From NCBI GenBank assembly GCA_030834125.1, contig JAURFW010000001.1, forward strand, positions 4,821 to 68,820: a DNA stretch of 64,000 nucleotides, read 5' to 3'. Within the stretch, counting starts at the first letter, position 1; each line of letters opens with the position of its first letter. The stretch comes from Bacteroidota bacterium. GTDB taxonomy: Bacteria; Bacteroidota; Bacteroidia; NS11-12g; UBA955. This document shows positions 38,165 to 47,851 of this stretch, one piece after another. The position numbers and the translations under genes are program-made. The notes under the pieces are model-generated. The model saw nothing but the letters and a program-made list of their open reading frames with translations, ran no database searches and was not told the origin of the DNA.

Positions 38165-39358
38165 ATGAAACTTAGTAGTCGAATGGATCGTGTCATTGAG
38201 AGTCAAACTTTGGCAATGACGAAAAAAGCTAGAGAATTATCTGAAAAAGGTATAGACGTAATTAGTCTCAGTATAGGTGAACCGGATTTTAATACACCTT
38301 TAAACATATGCGATGAAGCAACCGCGGCAATGAAGCGTGGTGAAACCCACTATCCTCCTGTATTGGGTACTTTAAATTTTAGAAAAGCTATTCAAAATAA
38401 ACTTCTTAAGGAAAATAATATTCAGGTTGGACTTAATGAAATAATTGTAAGTAATGGGGCAAAACATAGTTTATTCAATGCTATAATGACATTAATAAAC
38501 CCCGGAGATGAAGTAATAATCCCTGCACCATATTGGGTGAGTTATCCAGCCATGGTTCATTATGCTCAAGGAAAAGTCGTTGAAATCCCAACTTCCGTTG
38601 AAAATGAATATAAAGTTCCTGCTGCTGATCTTCGATCAAAAATTACAAATAAAACAAGATTATTGATGTTTTCTTCTCCATGCAACCCTAGTGGTAGTGT
38701 TTTGTCTGAAACGGAACTTGATGAGTGGGTACAAGTTTTAAAGGACCATCCTGAAATCATGATTATTAGTGATGAGATTTATGAGAAAATAAATTACGGT
38801 GAACGCACAAAATCTATTGGTAGTTATAATGAATTAAAGGGAAGAGTTGCAACAATAAATGGATTAGCTAAAGGATTTGCAATGACAGGATGGAGAATCG
38901 GTTATATGGCCGGTCCCGCGGAATGGGTAAAGGCTTGTGAAAAATTTCAAGGGTTAGTTAGTAGTGGTTCAAATAGTATTGCTCAAGCAGCTGGAATTGA
39001 AGCACTTGAAGGCGATCAGTCTGAGATTGAAAAAATGAAACAAATATTTGAATCCAGAAGAAATTTGATGCGTGATTTATTGACTCAAATTAAAGGTCTA
39101 AAAGTGAGTAATCCAATGGGTGCATTTTATCATTTTCCAGATGTTAGTTATTACTTAGGAAAATCAACTGATGATGGAATTAAAATTAATACAAGCAGTG
39201 ACTTGTGTTTACACTTATTGTCTGATGCCCACGTTGCTACTGTTGCCGGTGATGCTTTTGGCAACCCGAATTGCATAAGATTGTCATACGCAACTGAAGA
39301 AAAAACTATCAAGGAGGCTATTTTAAGAATATCCAAATCTCTTAAAAAGCTTAATTAA
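38165..39358 (+). CDS. Class I pyridoxal-phosphate aminotransferase (aspartate aminotransferase-like)
   Basis: 397 aa, with NPSGSV and the PLP-lysine motif GLAKGFAMTGWRIGY. Confidence 0.85.
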   Translation: MKLSSRMDRVIESQTLAMTKKARELSEKGIDVISLSIGEPDFNTPLNICDEATAAMKRGETHYPPVLGTLNFRKAIQNKLLKENNIQVGLNEIIVSNGAKHSLFNAIMTLINPGDEVIIPAPYWVSYPAMVHYAQGKVVEIPTSVENEYKVPAADLRSKITNKTRLLMFSSPCNPSGSVLSETELDEWVQVLKDHPEIMIISDEIYEKINYGERTKSIGSYNELKGRVATINGLAKGFAMTGWRIGYMAGPAEWVKACEKFQGLVSSGSNSIAQAAGIEALEGDQSEIEKMKQIFESRRNLMRDLLTQIKGLKVSNPMGAFYHFPDVSYYLGKSTDDGIKINTSSDLCLHLLSDAHVATVAGDAFGNPNCIRLSYATEEKTIKEAILRISKSLKKLN

Positions 39359-39359
39359 G

Positions 39360-39367
39360 TATTTTTG
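39360..39367 (+). promoter_or_regulatory. Bacteroidota -7 promoter box
   Basis: TATTTTTG overlaps the TTG of the track ORF and lies 9 nt upstream of ATG 39377, which supports the ATG start. Confidence 0.4.
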
Positions 39368-39376
39368 CACCGAAAA

Positions 39377-40369
39377 ATGACTGAAAACGAAATCAAAAAA
39401 ATCTTTAAAGATTTTGAGAAGCTAAAAGTTCTTATTGTCGGTGATGTAATGATCGACAAATATGTTTATGGCAAAGTAGAAAGAGTATCGCCAGAGGCTC
39501 CTGTTCCGGTAGTAGATGTTCAGAGAACGGATTCTCGATTAGGAGGTGCCGGAAACGTTGCATTGAATTTATCCTCACTCGGAAGTAAGCCTATTCTGTG
39601 TTCAATAATTGGAGATGATGATGCGGGTAATGAGTTAATCGAAATATTCTTCAATCATAATGGCTTAGATACGAAAGGGATTATTAAATCAAATAATCGA
39701 AAAACCACAATAAAAACAAGAATAATAGGTAATCAGCATCAATTATTAAGAATAGATTCTGAAATTAAAGATGATTTAAATAAAAAAGATAATGAATTAC
39801 TTATTCAGAAGTTTGAGGAGTTAATCCATGAAGTGGACGTCGTGATTTTTCAAGATTACGATAAAGGAGTATTATGCTCTGCTAATATCTCTAGACTAAT
39901 TAAGATTGCCAAAAGTGCAAATAAAAGAACTATCGTAGATCCGAAGAAAAAGAACTTTTTTGAATACAAAAACACGGATTTATTTAAGCCAAATTTAAAA
40001 GAAATTAAAGATGGATTAGGTAAAGAAAATCTTGAAACCGTAGATGATATTAAATTTTCTATAAGTGAACTAGAGGGAAAGTTAAACAATAGCCAAACAA
40101 TGGTTACTCTGAGTGAAAAAGGAGTTATAATTAGTGCTGATTCTAATTTTATTCATATTCCAGCACACGTAAGAAATATTTCAGATGTTTCAGGTGCAGG
40201 TGATACGGTTGTAAGTGTTGCTGCACTTTGTTTAGCATTAAATTTAGAACCAAGAATATTGGCTGAAATAAGTAATTTATCTGGTGGATTAGTATGTGAG
40301 GAACTTGGTGTAGTTCCAATAAACAAAGACAGACTAATAAAAGAAGCAGCAAAAATACTCGTTAGTTAA
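39377..40369 (+). CDS. PfkB-family sugar kinase, RfaE domain-I-like (heptose-7-phosphate kinase-like)
   Basis: VLIVGDVMIDKYVYGKVERVSPEAPVPVV and the C-terminal DVSGAGDTV anion-hole motif. Confidence 0.75.
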   Translation: MTENEIKKIFKDFEKLKVLIVGDVMIDKYVYGKVERVSPEAPVPVVDVQRTDSRLGGAGNVALNLSSLGSKPILCSIIGDDDAGNELIEIFFNHNGLDTKGIIKSNNRKTTIKTRIIGNQHQLLRIDSEIKDDLNKKDNELLIQKFEELIHEVDVVIFQDYDKGVLCSANISRLIKIAKSANKRTIVDPKKKNFFEYKNTDLFKPNLKEIKDGLGKENLETVDDIKFSISELEGKLNNSQTMVTLSEKGVIISADSNFIHIPAHVRNISDVSGAGDTVVSVAALCLALNLEPRILAEISNLSGGLVCEELGVVPINKDRLIKEAAKILVS

Positions 40370-41797
40370 TTAACCCTTATATCCGGAAAGATTATATTCT
40401 GCATCTTCTTGATAGTCAGAATCTGAATTTATCTCCCAAAGGTTTTGTTTTTCACCTGTGGCAATTTCTTTGGCAACTAACAATCCCATTAATATTGAGT
40501 GGTCTTGATTGTTATATTTAAACGATCCATACCTTCCAATAAGAAATAGATTATTTATTCCTTTTAGATAATCAACAACTGGTTGCAGATTATTCATATA
40601 ACCCGTCTCATATACTGGATAACATTTTGGTATTCTTACCACATGGTTATTTAATATTTCTGAATTTTCAGGTAAAAGATTTAACGTCCTTAATTCCTTA
40701 TTAGCCAATTCAAATAATTCTTCATCTGAAGCAAGCCAGAATTGATCATTTTCAAAACTCCAATATTCCAAGCATAATATTGAATTTTTAGACTCTCTAT
40801 ACAATGATGGACACCAATTTCGAAAATTAGTAATTCGTCCATGTTGAACTTCTGGAGAATGAACATAAATCCAATTATCGGTAAATAGTGATGAATTATT
40901 TATTTCACAATAAACAAGAGTAGTATTTCTAAAATATAATTTATTTACTTTATCTAATATTTCGTTGGGAATATCATTGGTATTATTCACCAAATGCGTA
41001 AGTGGCATTGTTGAAATATAATAATCAGCTTTTAATTTTCTTCCATCACTTAGTTCAATGCTTTTTATTTGATTTTTTTCTTTTTTTAGATGTACAACTT
41101 TAGTATTTAAAATGATCTCTCCACCCAATTTATTAATATTATTCTCAATCTTTTTATAAAATGCACCTGTTCCATTAATAGGGTAAGCAAATTGATCTAT
41201 TAATGTTTTATGCTTATTCCCTGTATTACCAATAAATGCGGCTTTAACAGTTTCCCATAATGATAATTTTTTTATTCTTTGAGATGCCCATCGTGCATCT
41301 ATTTTAGAACAAGGTATTCCCCATAATTTTTCAGTGTATGTTTTGAAAAAAATATTGAAAAGCTTCCTGCCAAACTTAGCTACAACCCATTCCTCAAATG
41401 TATTTGTTTCTTTTGGAGGGTTTAGTCTAACTAATCCGTAACTAATAAGAATTCCAGCTATATGAAATATTCCTAGATTCGACAGCACATTGCCCACTTT
41501 CAATGGGTAATCAAAAAATCTATTCTTGTAATAAATTCTTGTTTGTCTATTTACCGTGGTAAAATCTTCACCTATTATTTCACGAAAATAATCGTTGATG
41601 ATTTTATCAGAAGAGAAAAATCTGTGAGGGCCTAAATCAACAATTTGATTAAAAATATGTTTGGATTGACACATCCCACCAATCGCATTAGATGATTCAA
41701 TAATGGTTACATCATACCCGAATTTAAGAAGACTATGAGCGGCTACAAGTCCAGATGGGCCTGCTCCAATTACCAGACATTTTATTTGATTTGTCAA
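40370..41797 (-). CDS. FAD/NAD(P)-dependent oxidoreductase (amine-oxidase / UDP-galactopyranose-mutase-like fold)
   Basis: Rossmann motif CLVIGAGPSGLVAAHSLLKFGYDVTIIES...GG. The start is uncertain. I prefer TTG 41797 because the GTG-extended 5' end (to 41836) is a terminator hairpin. Confidence 0.7.
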   Translation of the reverse strand: MTNQIKCLVIGAGPSGLVAAHSLLKFGYDVTIIESSNAIGGMCQSKHIFNQIVDLGPHRFFSSDKIINDYFREIIGEDFTTVNRQTRIYYKNRFFDYPLKVGNVLSNLGIFHIAGILISYGLVRLNPPKETNTFEEWVVAKFGRKLFNIFFKTYTEKLWGIPCSKIDARWASQRIKKLSLWETVKAAFIGNTGNKHKTLIDQFAYPINGTGAFYKKIENNINKLGGEIILNTKVVHLKKEKNQIKSIELSDGRKLKADYYISTMPLTHLVNNTNDIPNEILDKVNKLYFRNTTLVYCEINNSSLFTDNWIYVHSPEVQHGRITNFRNWCPSLYRESKNSILCLEYWSFENDQFWLASDEELFELANKELRTLNLLPENSEILNNHVVRIPKCYPVYETGYMNNLQPVVDYLKGINNLFLIGRYGSFKYNNQDHSILMGLLVAKEIATGEKQNLWEINSDSDYQEDAEYNLSGYKG

Positions 41798-41806
41798 TAC
41801 ATTCGC

Positions 41807-41840
41807 AAAGAAAACAAAAAAGGTGGCCTGCGCCACCTTT
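41807..41840 (-). terminator. Rho-independent terminator downstream of the POT transporter gene
   Basis: The minus strand reads AAAGGTGGC-GCAG-GCCACCTTT followed by TTGTTTTCTTT, giving a 9-bp GC-rich stem. It lies 28 nt after the POT stop. Confidence 0.7.
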
Positions 41841-41867
41841 AATTATATTATTATTTGAATATTATCA

Positions 41868-43865
41868 CTATCTCACTCCGTGCATCATCTTTATTAACCT
41901 CTTACTTAAGAAGAATAAAATAATTGAAGCAACACCTGCTAATATTACAAAAATCATAAAGAAATCATAAAGATCTACAATTGGGAAACCTGCAAACTTT
42001 GGTTTTTCTGGATTTAAATTCCACACTTGTAATACTTCTTTATCGATTAATTTTCCCTCAGAATTTTTCTTTTGAATTTTTTCAGATGTTAGTAACATTC
42101 CGTTTTCTAACAATACTGCATTTTCAAAATATGAATCAAGTGGACTATTCATTGATTTTTTCTTAGCTTTTATCAATTTTAACTTAAAGACTTCAACGCT
42201 TTTCATACTGTTGCTTGATAAAAGTTTAACAGTCGGTAATGAATCTGAATTAGACTTGCTTGCTGCATCAAAAACTGCTAAATTTTCAAAATCTAATCCT
42301 ATTATGCTATCCTTTTGATTTTCAGCTTTACCAATTTTTACGGTTGTAATCGTAGCAACTGGTAACATATATTGTTTATCCGGAGCGTCTTTAACGAAAT
42401 TACTATCCAAAGTATTTGTTGCTAATTTATCCAAAACATTTGAGCCTGCATCTCCAATATAGGAAGTCTCAAGAACTATGTCTTCTGGATAATATTCGCT
42501 TAATGTACCAGCAAACTTATTTGCTGCCGCCGTCGATAAAAACCAAACACCCATTAACAAAGAAGCGAATCTCACCGGAGAAAGCTTATTTACCATGGAC
42601 AATCCGATTGGTGATAAACACAATTCACCAAGAGTATGAATAGTATAAACACTCACGAGCCACATCATACTAACCTTAGTTGAAGGATTTATACCTTTTA
42701 CACCTATTGCTATTACTAAATAACCTAAAGCCAACAAGAATAATCCTAGTGACTGTTTAAATGGAGAAGCGGGTTCTCTATTTCTTTTGCCGAGGAAACC
42801 CCAAATCCAAACAAATATTGGAGCAAAAATAACAATAGCCAGAGCATTGATTGATTGAAAATATGAAGCTGGTATCACAGAACCAAAGAGGTTTCTATCT
42901 GTTTGTTCTTCTGCAAAGAATGTAAGTGATGCACCAGCCTGCTCAAAAGCAGCCCAAAAGAAAATAACAAAAAAGGCAACTATGTAAATCACCCATAACC
43001 TATCTCTTTCTTGTTTAACTAAACTTGAATCAGTTATTATAAAACCTGGGGCGGCAATCGCCGAGCCAAAAATAAACGCTCCAATCACATCCATACCCAT
43101 TTGGTAGAATCCGAAAAACAATGCACCAAATACACCAATCCATGATATTAGTCTTCTTGGATTAATTGGTACTTTTACCTCGTCTTCTTTTCTCGCATTA
43201 TTTGGCTTTTCTCCAATCTGTACACCATCTGGAGTAACAATGTACTTGTTTTTAAGCGAGATAAATAGAATCAAACTCAATATCATCCCCATACAGGCAG
43301 CTAAGAAGCCCCATCTGAAATCTTCTGGATTCCCAGTATCACCAAGGTATCCACACAAAAGAGGAGCGATAAATGCACCCAAATTGATACCCATATAGAA
43401 AATTGTAAATGCCGATTCTACCCTCTTATCTCCTTCTGGATATAACTGCCCTACCATAGTTGAAATATTGGGCTTGAAAAATCCATTTCCTAAGATCAAA
43501 AAGGCCAATCCACCATACATAATCATAGGTGCCATTGATTGCTCATAGAAACTACCTGCAATAAACATGAAGAATTGCCCTAAAGCCATTAGGATTCCGC
43601 CAATAATAATTGATTTTCGATTTCCCCAATAGCGATCAGCCATATAACCGCCAATTAATGGAGTTAAATAAACAAGTCCGGTATAACTACCGTAAATTTC
43701 TGATGCCTGTGCTTTTTCAAAAAAAAGGGCTTTTACCATAAACAGTACAAAAAGTGCTCGCATTCCATAATAGCTGAAGCGCTCCCACATTTCTGTTACA
43801 AAAAGTACGTACAGGCCTTTTGGATGTCCTTGGCCTGAATTTGCAGTTGTAGCAGTTCCACTCAT
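41868..43865 (-). CDS. POT/PTR2-family di/tripeptide:proton symporter with a large extramembrane insertion before the last TM
   Basis: GHPKGLYVLFVTEMWERFSYYGMRALFVLFM is the PTR2 signature. The start is set at ATG 43865 (MSGTATT...). About 170 hydrophilic aa precede the final TM helix. Confidence 0.85.
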   Translation of the reverse strand: MSGTATTANSGQGHPKGLYVLFVTEMWERFSYYGMRALFVLFMVKALFFEKAQASEIYGSYTGLVYLTPLIGGYMADRYWGNRKSIIIGGILMALGQFFMFIAGSFYEQSMAPMIMYGGLAFLILGNGFFKPNISTMVGQLYPEGDKRVESAFTIFYMGINLGAFIAPLLCGYLGDTGNPEDFRWGFLAACMGMILSLILFISLKNKYIVTPDGVQIGEKPNNARKEDEVKVPINPRRLISWIGVFGALFFGFYQMGMDVIGAFIFGSAIAAPGFIITDSSLVKQERDRLWVIYIVAFFVIFFWAAFEQAGASLTFFAEEQTDRNLFGSVIPASYFQSINALAIVIFAPIFVWIWGFLGKRNREPASPFKQSLGLFLLALGYLVIAIGVKGINPSTKVSMMWLVSVYTIHTLGELCLSPIGLSMVNKLSPVRFASLLMGVWFLSTAAANKFAGTLSEYYPEDIVLETSYIGDAGSNVLDKLATNTLDSNFVKDAPDKQYMLPVATITTVKIGKAENQKDSIIGLDFENLAVFDAASKSNSDSLPTVKLLSSNSMKSVEVFKLKLIKAKKKSMNSPLDSYFENAVLLENGMLLTSEKIQKKNSEGKLIDKEVLQVWNLNPEKPKFAGFPIVDLYDFFMIFVILAGVASIILFFLSKRLIKMMHGVR

Positions 43866-43973
43866 ATTAATTTTGGTTTTAAAGTTGGCTAAAATAGACA
43901 GAATTTTTGAAATACACATCAATCTTAATAACTCAATGACTTATCCACGAAAGAAAGTATTTAATTTGTGGTG

Positions 43974-45017
43974 ATGATAGAATTATCGATAGAGAAAATT
44001 GCTAGCGAAATTGGTGGAAAAATAATACATGGTTCTAATGGCTCAATTGTTTCTGTGGCTAAATTAGAAGAAGGAAGTGAAGGAAGTCTTGGTTTTTTTG
44101 CAAATCCTAAATATGAAGAATCACTTTACAATACCAATTCATCAGCGGTAATTGTTCCAGATAATTTTAATCCTAGGAAAGATTGTAAAGCAACACTAAT
44201 AAGCCACAACAACCCATATTTTGCTTTTTGCACTATACTCGTAAAATACTTCAATCCAAATAAAATCAAATCGGGGATACATCCTACTGCAATTATTGCC
44301 GCAAGCGCATCAATAGAAGAAAATTCTTACATAGGACCTTACACTGTCATTGAAGAAAATGTTACAATAGGAAGTAATTCTCAAATTTATTCACATGTAC
44401 AAATTTCTGAAGGCACAAAAGTTGGTAAAAACGTAACTTTATTCAGTGGTGTAAAAATATATTCAAATTCGATTATTGGAGATAATTGCATTTTACACTC
44501 AGGGTCTGTTATAGGGAGTGATGGATTTGGGTTTGCACCTGTTAATGGTAGATATCAAAAAATACCACAAGTAGGAAATGTTATTTTAGAGCAAGATGTT
44601 GAAATTGGTGCAAACTGTTGTATCGATCGTGCAACAATGGGAAAAACTATAATAAAGGAAGGTACAAAATTGGATAATCTCGTTCAGATTGCACACAATG
44701 TTGAATTAGGTTCACATTCTGTAATTGCTTCTCAGACGGGAATTTCCGGAAGTACTAAAATTGGACATAATACGGTAATGGGTGGCCAAGTTGGAGTTGC
44801 AGGTCATATTGAAATTGCACCATTCAATTCATTTGGAGGTCAGGCAGGAGTTACCGGCAATATCAAAACAGAAAATGGTAAATATTCGGGGACCCCTGCT
44901 GTGGACATAAATTTGTATCTTCGTGCCGTAGCTGGATCAAGGAAAATTGGTGAGTTAATTAAACAAGTTCAAAATTTACAAAAGGAAATAAACATTCTTA
45001 AAAAGGAAAATGAGTAA
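43974..45017 (+). CDS. lpxD: UDP-3-O-acylglucosamine N-acyltransferase
   Basis: Left-handed beta-helix hexapeptide repeats, an N-terminal LpxD-type domain ([12 protein letters not shown]), and its position upstream of lpxC/fabZ. ATG 43974 is preferred over GTG 43968. Confidence 0.88.
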   Translation: MIELSIEKIASEIGGKIIHGSNGSIVSVAKLEEGSEGSLGFFANPKYEESLYNTNSSAVIVPDNFNPRKDCKATLISHNNPYFAFCTILVKYFNPNKIKSGIHPTAIIAASASIEENSYIGPYTVIEENVTIGSNSQIYSHVQISEGTKVGKNVTLFSGVKIYSNSIIGDNCILHSGSVIGSDGFGFAPVNGRYQKIPQVGNVILEQDVEIGANCCIDRATMGKTIIKEGTKLDNLVQIAHNVELGSHSVIASQTGISGSTKIGHNTVMGGQVGVAGHIEIAPFNSFGGQAGVTGNIKTENGKYSGTPAVDINLYLRAVAGSRKIGELIKQVQNLQKEINILKKENE

Positions 45018-46419
45018 AATCAATCCCAAACAAACTACTCTTTGCAATAAAATTAGTTTTAAAGGTGTAGGTTTACATACCGGAGCGCCAGCTACAATTA
45101 CAATTTGTCCTGCTCCTGAAAATCATGGATATAAGTTTCAAAGATTGGATGTCGAAGATCAACCTATAATTGATGCTGACTGTGATCTAGTAACTGATAC
45201 TTCAAGGGGAACTTCAATAGAAAAAGATGGAATAAGTATTTCAACAATTGAGCATGTTCTTGCATCTCTTGTAGGATCTGAAATTGATAACGCATTGATT
45301 CAAATTGATGGCCCAGAAATGCCTATTTTAGATGGAAGTTCAATTGAATTTATTAAGGGAATTAAAAAAATAGGTAGTGTTGAACAGGAGGCAGATCGAG
45401 AATATTTTGAAATTCCACACAATATCCATTATGTAGATGAAGATAATTCTGTTGAAATAATTGCAATGCCTGTAGATGATTACCGGTTGACAGTTATGGT
45501 AGATTACAACTCGCCTGTTTTAGGTACACAACATGCTTCATTGACTCACATTAATGATTTTGCTGAAGAAATTGCCCCATGTAGAACTTTTTGTTTTCTT
45601 CATGAATTAGAATATTTATTAGATAACAATTTAATAAAAGGCGGTGATTTAAATAACGCAATTGTAGTTGTTGATAAACCCGTAGAGCAAAATGAGTTAG
45701 ATAGATTAGCAAAGGTATTTCAAAAAGATAAGGTAGAAGTAAAGAAAGACGGATTATTGAATAATCTAGAATTAAGATTCAGTAATGAGCCTGCTCGACA
45801 TAAACTATTGGATATGGTTGGTGATTTAGCCTTAATTGGTATGCCAATAAAGGGCCAAATCATGGCAGCCAGACCCGGACACGCATCTAATGTTGCATTC
45901 GCGAAAAAAGTAAAACAAGCTATAAAAAAAGAACAAAGAAGAAAACTCGAAGGACGTCCTAATTATATCCCAAATGAAAAACCAATTCATACAACAAAGG
46001 ATATAATTAAGATGCTGCCTCATGCACATCCTTTTCTTTTAGTAGATAAAATAATTGAAATTGGAGAAAATTATGTTGTTGGCGTAAAAAACATTACCTA
46101 TGATCAACCTTTCTTTAATGGTCATTTCCCTGGAGACCCGATTATGCCCGGTGTTTTACAAATTGAAGCAATGGCACAAACAGGTGGTATTTTAGTTTTA
46201 AGTACAGTAGATGATCCTGAAAATTATGGAACCTACTTTTTAAAAATTGACAATACACGATTTAAAGATAAAGTTGTTCCGGGCGATACATTAATAATGA
46301 AGTTAGAATTAACTGAACCTGTGCGAAGAGGTATTTGTATTATGAAAGGACGTGCTTGGGTTGGAGAAAAACTAGTTTGCGAATCGGAATTAATGGCACA
46401 AGTTGTAAAAATAAAATAA
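45010..46419 (+). CDS. lpxC: Bifunctional UDP-3-O-acyl-GlcNAc deacetylase / 3-hydroxyacyl-ACP dehydratase (LpxC-FabZ fusion)
   Basis: The N-terminal LpxC region contains GVGLHTG, TIEHVLA and [12 protein letters not shown]. The C-terminal FabZ region contains [11 protein letters not shown] and [12 protein letters not shown]. Confidence 0.92.
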   Translation: MSKINPKQTTLCNKISFKGVGLHTGAPATITICPAPENHGYKFQRLDVEDQPIIDADCDLVTDTSRGTSIEKDGISISTIEHVLASLVGSEIDNALIQIDGPEMPILDGSSIEFIKGIKKIGSVEQEADREYFEIPHNIHYVDEDNSVEIIAMPVDDYRLTVMVDYNSPVLGTQHASLTHINDFAEEIAPCRTFCFLHELEYLLDNNLIKGGDLNNAIVVVDKPVEQNELDRLAKVFQKDKVEVKKDGLLNNLELRFSNEPARHKLLDMVGDLALIGMPIKGQIMAARPGHASNVAFAKKVKQAIKKEQRRKLEGRPNYIPNEKPIHTTKDIIKMLPHAHPFLLVDKIIEIGENYVVGVKNITYDQPFFNGHFPGDPIMPGVLQIEAMAQTGGILVLSTVDDPENYGTYFLKIDNTRFKDKVVPGDTLIMKLELTEPVRRGICIMKGRAWVGEKLVCESELMAQVVKIK

Positions 46420-46420
46420 C

Positions 46421-47203
46421 ATGATTCAACCTTTAGCATACGTACATCCAACGGCAAAAATTGCCGATAATGTGGTTATTGATCCTTTTGTTACCATTCA
46501 CGCCGATGTGGAAATAGATGAGGGAACCCATGTAATGTCAGGAGCAATTATCTTTAAAGGGTCCAGAATTGGTAAAAATTGTAGGGTATTTCCTGGAGCT
46601 TCAATTGGTGCAATTCCTCAAGATTTAAAGTTCGATGGCGAAGAAACACTTACAATAATTGGCGACAATACTACTATTCGCGAATATGTAACCATAAACA
46701 AGGGTACGAAAGCTCTGGGTTATACAAAAGTTGGTGCAAATGTATTATTAATGGCCTATGTCCATCTTGCTCACGATTGTGTGGTTGGTGATAATGCGAT
46801 TCTAGCAAATGGTGTTCAGGTTGCAGGTCATGTAAGCATAGGAGATTGGGCGATATTAGGTGGAGCTGCGCTTGTTCATCAGTTTGTAAAAATCGGAAAG
46901 CATACTATGATTAGTGGTGGATCTTTAGTTAGAAAGGATGTGCCACCATATACAAAAGCTGCAAGAGAGCCATTATCATATGAAGGTATAAATAGCATTG
47001 GATTGAGAAGAAGAGGATTTGAAAATGACAAAATTGCCGAAATTCAAGATATTTACAGGACCCTTTTCGTGAAATCTTCTAATACAGCAAAAGCATTAAA
47101 ACTTATTGAAACGTCCTTCGTTCCTACTCCAGAGCGTGATGAGATATTAGCATTTATTCAAGATTCTGATCGTGGAGTTATGAAGGGTTATATTACAAAA
47201 TAA
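46421..47203 (+). CDS. lpxA: Acyl-ACP--UDP-GlcNAc O-acyltransferase
   Basis: 260 aa, with hexapeptide repeats followed by the helical C-terminal domain (INSIGLRRRGF). Confidence 0.9.
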   Translation: MIQPLAYVHPTAKIADNVVIDPFVTIHADVEIDEGTHVMSGAIIFKGSRIGKNCRVFPGASIGAIPQDLKFDGEETLTIIGDNTTIREYVTINKGTKALGYTKVGANVLLMAYVHLAHDCVVGDNAILANGVQVAGHVSIGDWAILGGAALVHQFVKIGKHTMISGGSLVRKDVPPYTKAAREPLSYEGINSIGLRRRGFENDKIAEIQDIYRTLFVKSSNTAKALKLIETSFVPTPERDEILAFIQDSDRGVMKGYITK

Positions 47204-47206
47204 TTC

Positions 47207-47851
47207 ATGGATAGAATCCATTTAAAAGATTGCGGTAAAAACTATCATAATTCATGGTTGTTTCGTAATGTAAATCTTGAAATGGACTTAACCGTAGGTA
47301 ATTCCTATGGAATTCTTGGAGATAATGGTTCGGGAAAGTCTACTTTTTTATTGATGCTCACTGGTCAAGTTGGTCCAACCGAAGGCTTTATTAATTATTC
47401 AAATCAAGGAAAAGAATTAATGGTTTATGATTTACATAATAATTATTCTCATTCATCACCGGCAATGGAGTTGCCTGAAGAATTAAGCTTAGTTGATTGG
47501 TTTAGATTTCAAAACAAAATAAAACCATTTTATAAAGAGTTTACGTTGGAAGAACTTTGCGATATATGTCAATTTACATCCAAAACAAAAACTAAAGCCA
47601 TAATTAATTATTCCTCGGGCATGAAACAGAGACTAAAGTTAGTTTTATCGTTTTTTACAGATACAAAAATATGTTTATTAGACGAACCATTGTCGAATTT
47701 AGATTCGAAAGGAGTAGAATTATATAAAAATCTTATCGATAAACACATCTCTAATAAAGCAATTATTGTTGCGTCGAATAGAGAGGATGAATATTATTTC
47801 ACTAGAAATCATTTTTTAATTTCAAACAAAGAAATTACTGCGGTAGAATAA
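47207..47851 (+). CDS. Orphan short ABC-type ATPase with apparently degenerate Q- and H-loops
   Basis: Walker A GDNGSGKST, signature YSSGMKQR, Walker B ICLLDEP and D-loop SNLD are present. It is only 214 aa and no permease gene is adjacent. Confidence 0.7.
   Translation: MDRIHLKDCGKNYHNSWLFRNVNLEMDLTVGNSYGILGDNGSGKSTFLLMLTGQVGPTEGFINYSNQGKELMVYDLHNNYSHSSPAMELPEELSLVDWFRFQNKIKPFYKEFTLEELCDICQFTSKTKTKAIINYSSGMKQRLKLVLSFFTDTKICLLDEPLSNLDSKGVELYKNLIDKHISNKAIIVASNREDEYYFTRNHFLISNKEITAVE

Noticed and set aside
45010-46419. LpxC and FabZ are fused in a single ORF, which could be an unusual gene fusion.
   Set aside because: This is a well-known, lineage-typical bifunctional gene in Bacteroidota. 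It serves as a taxonomic marker and is not novel.
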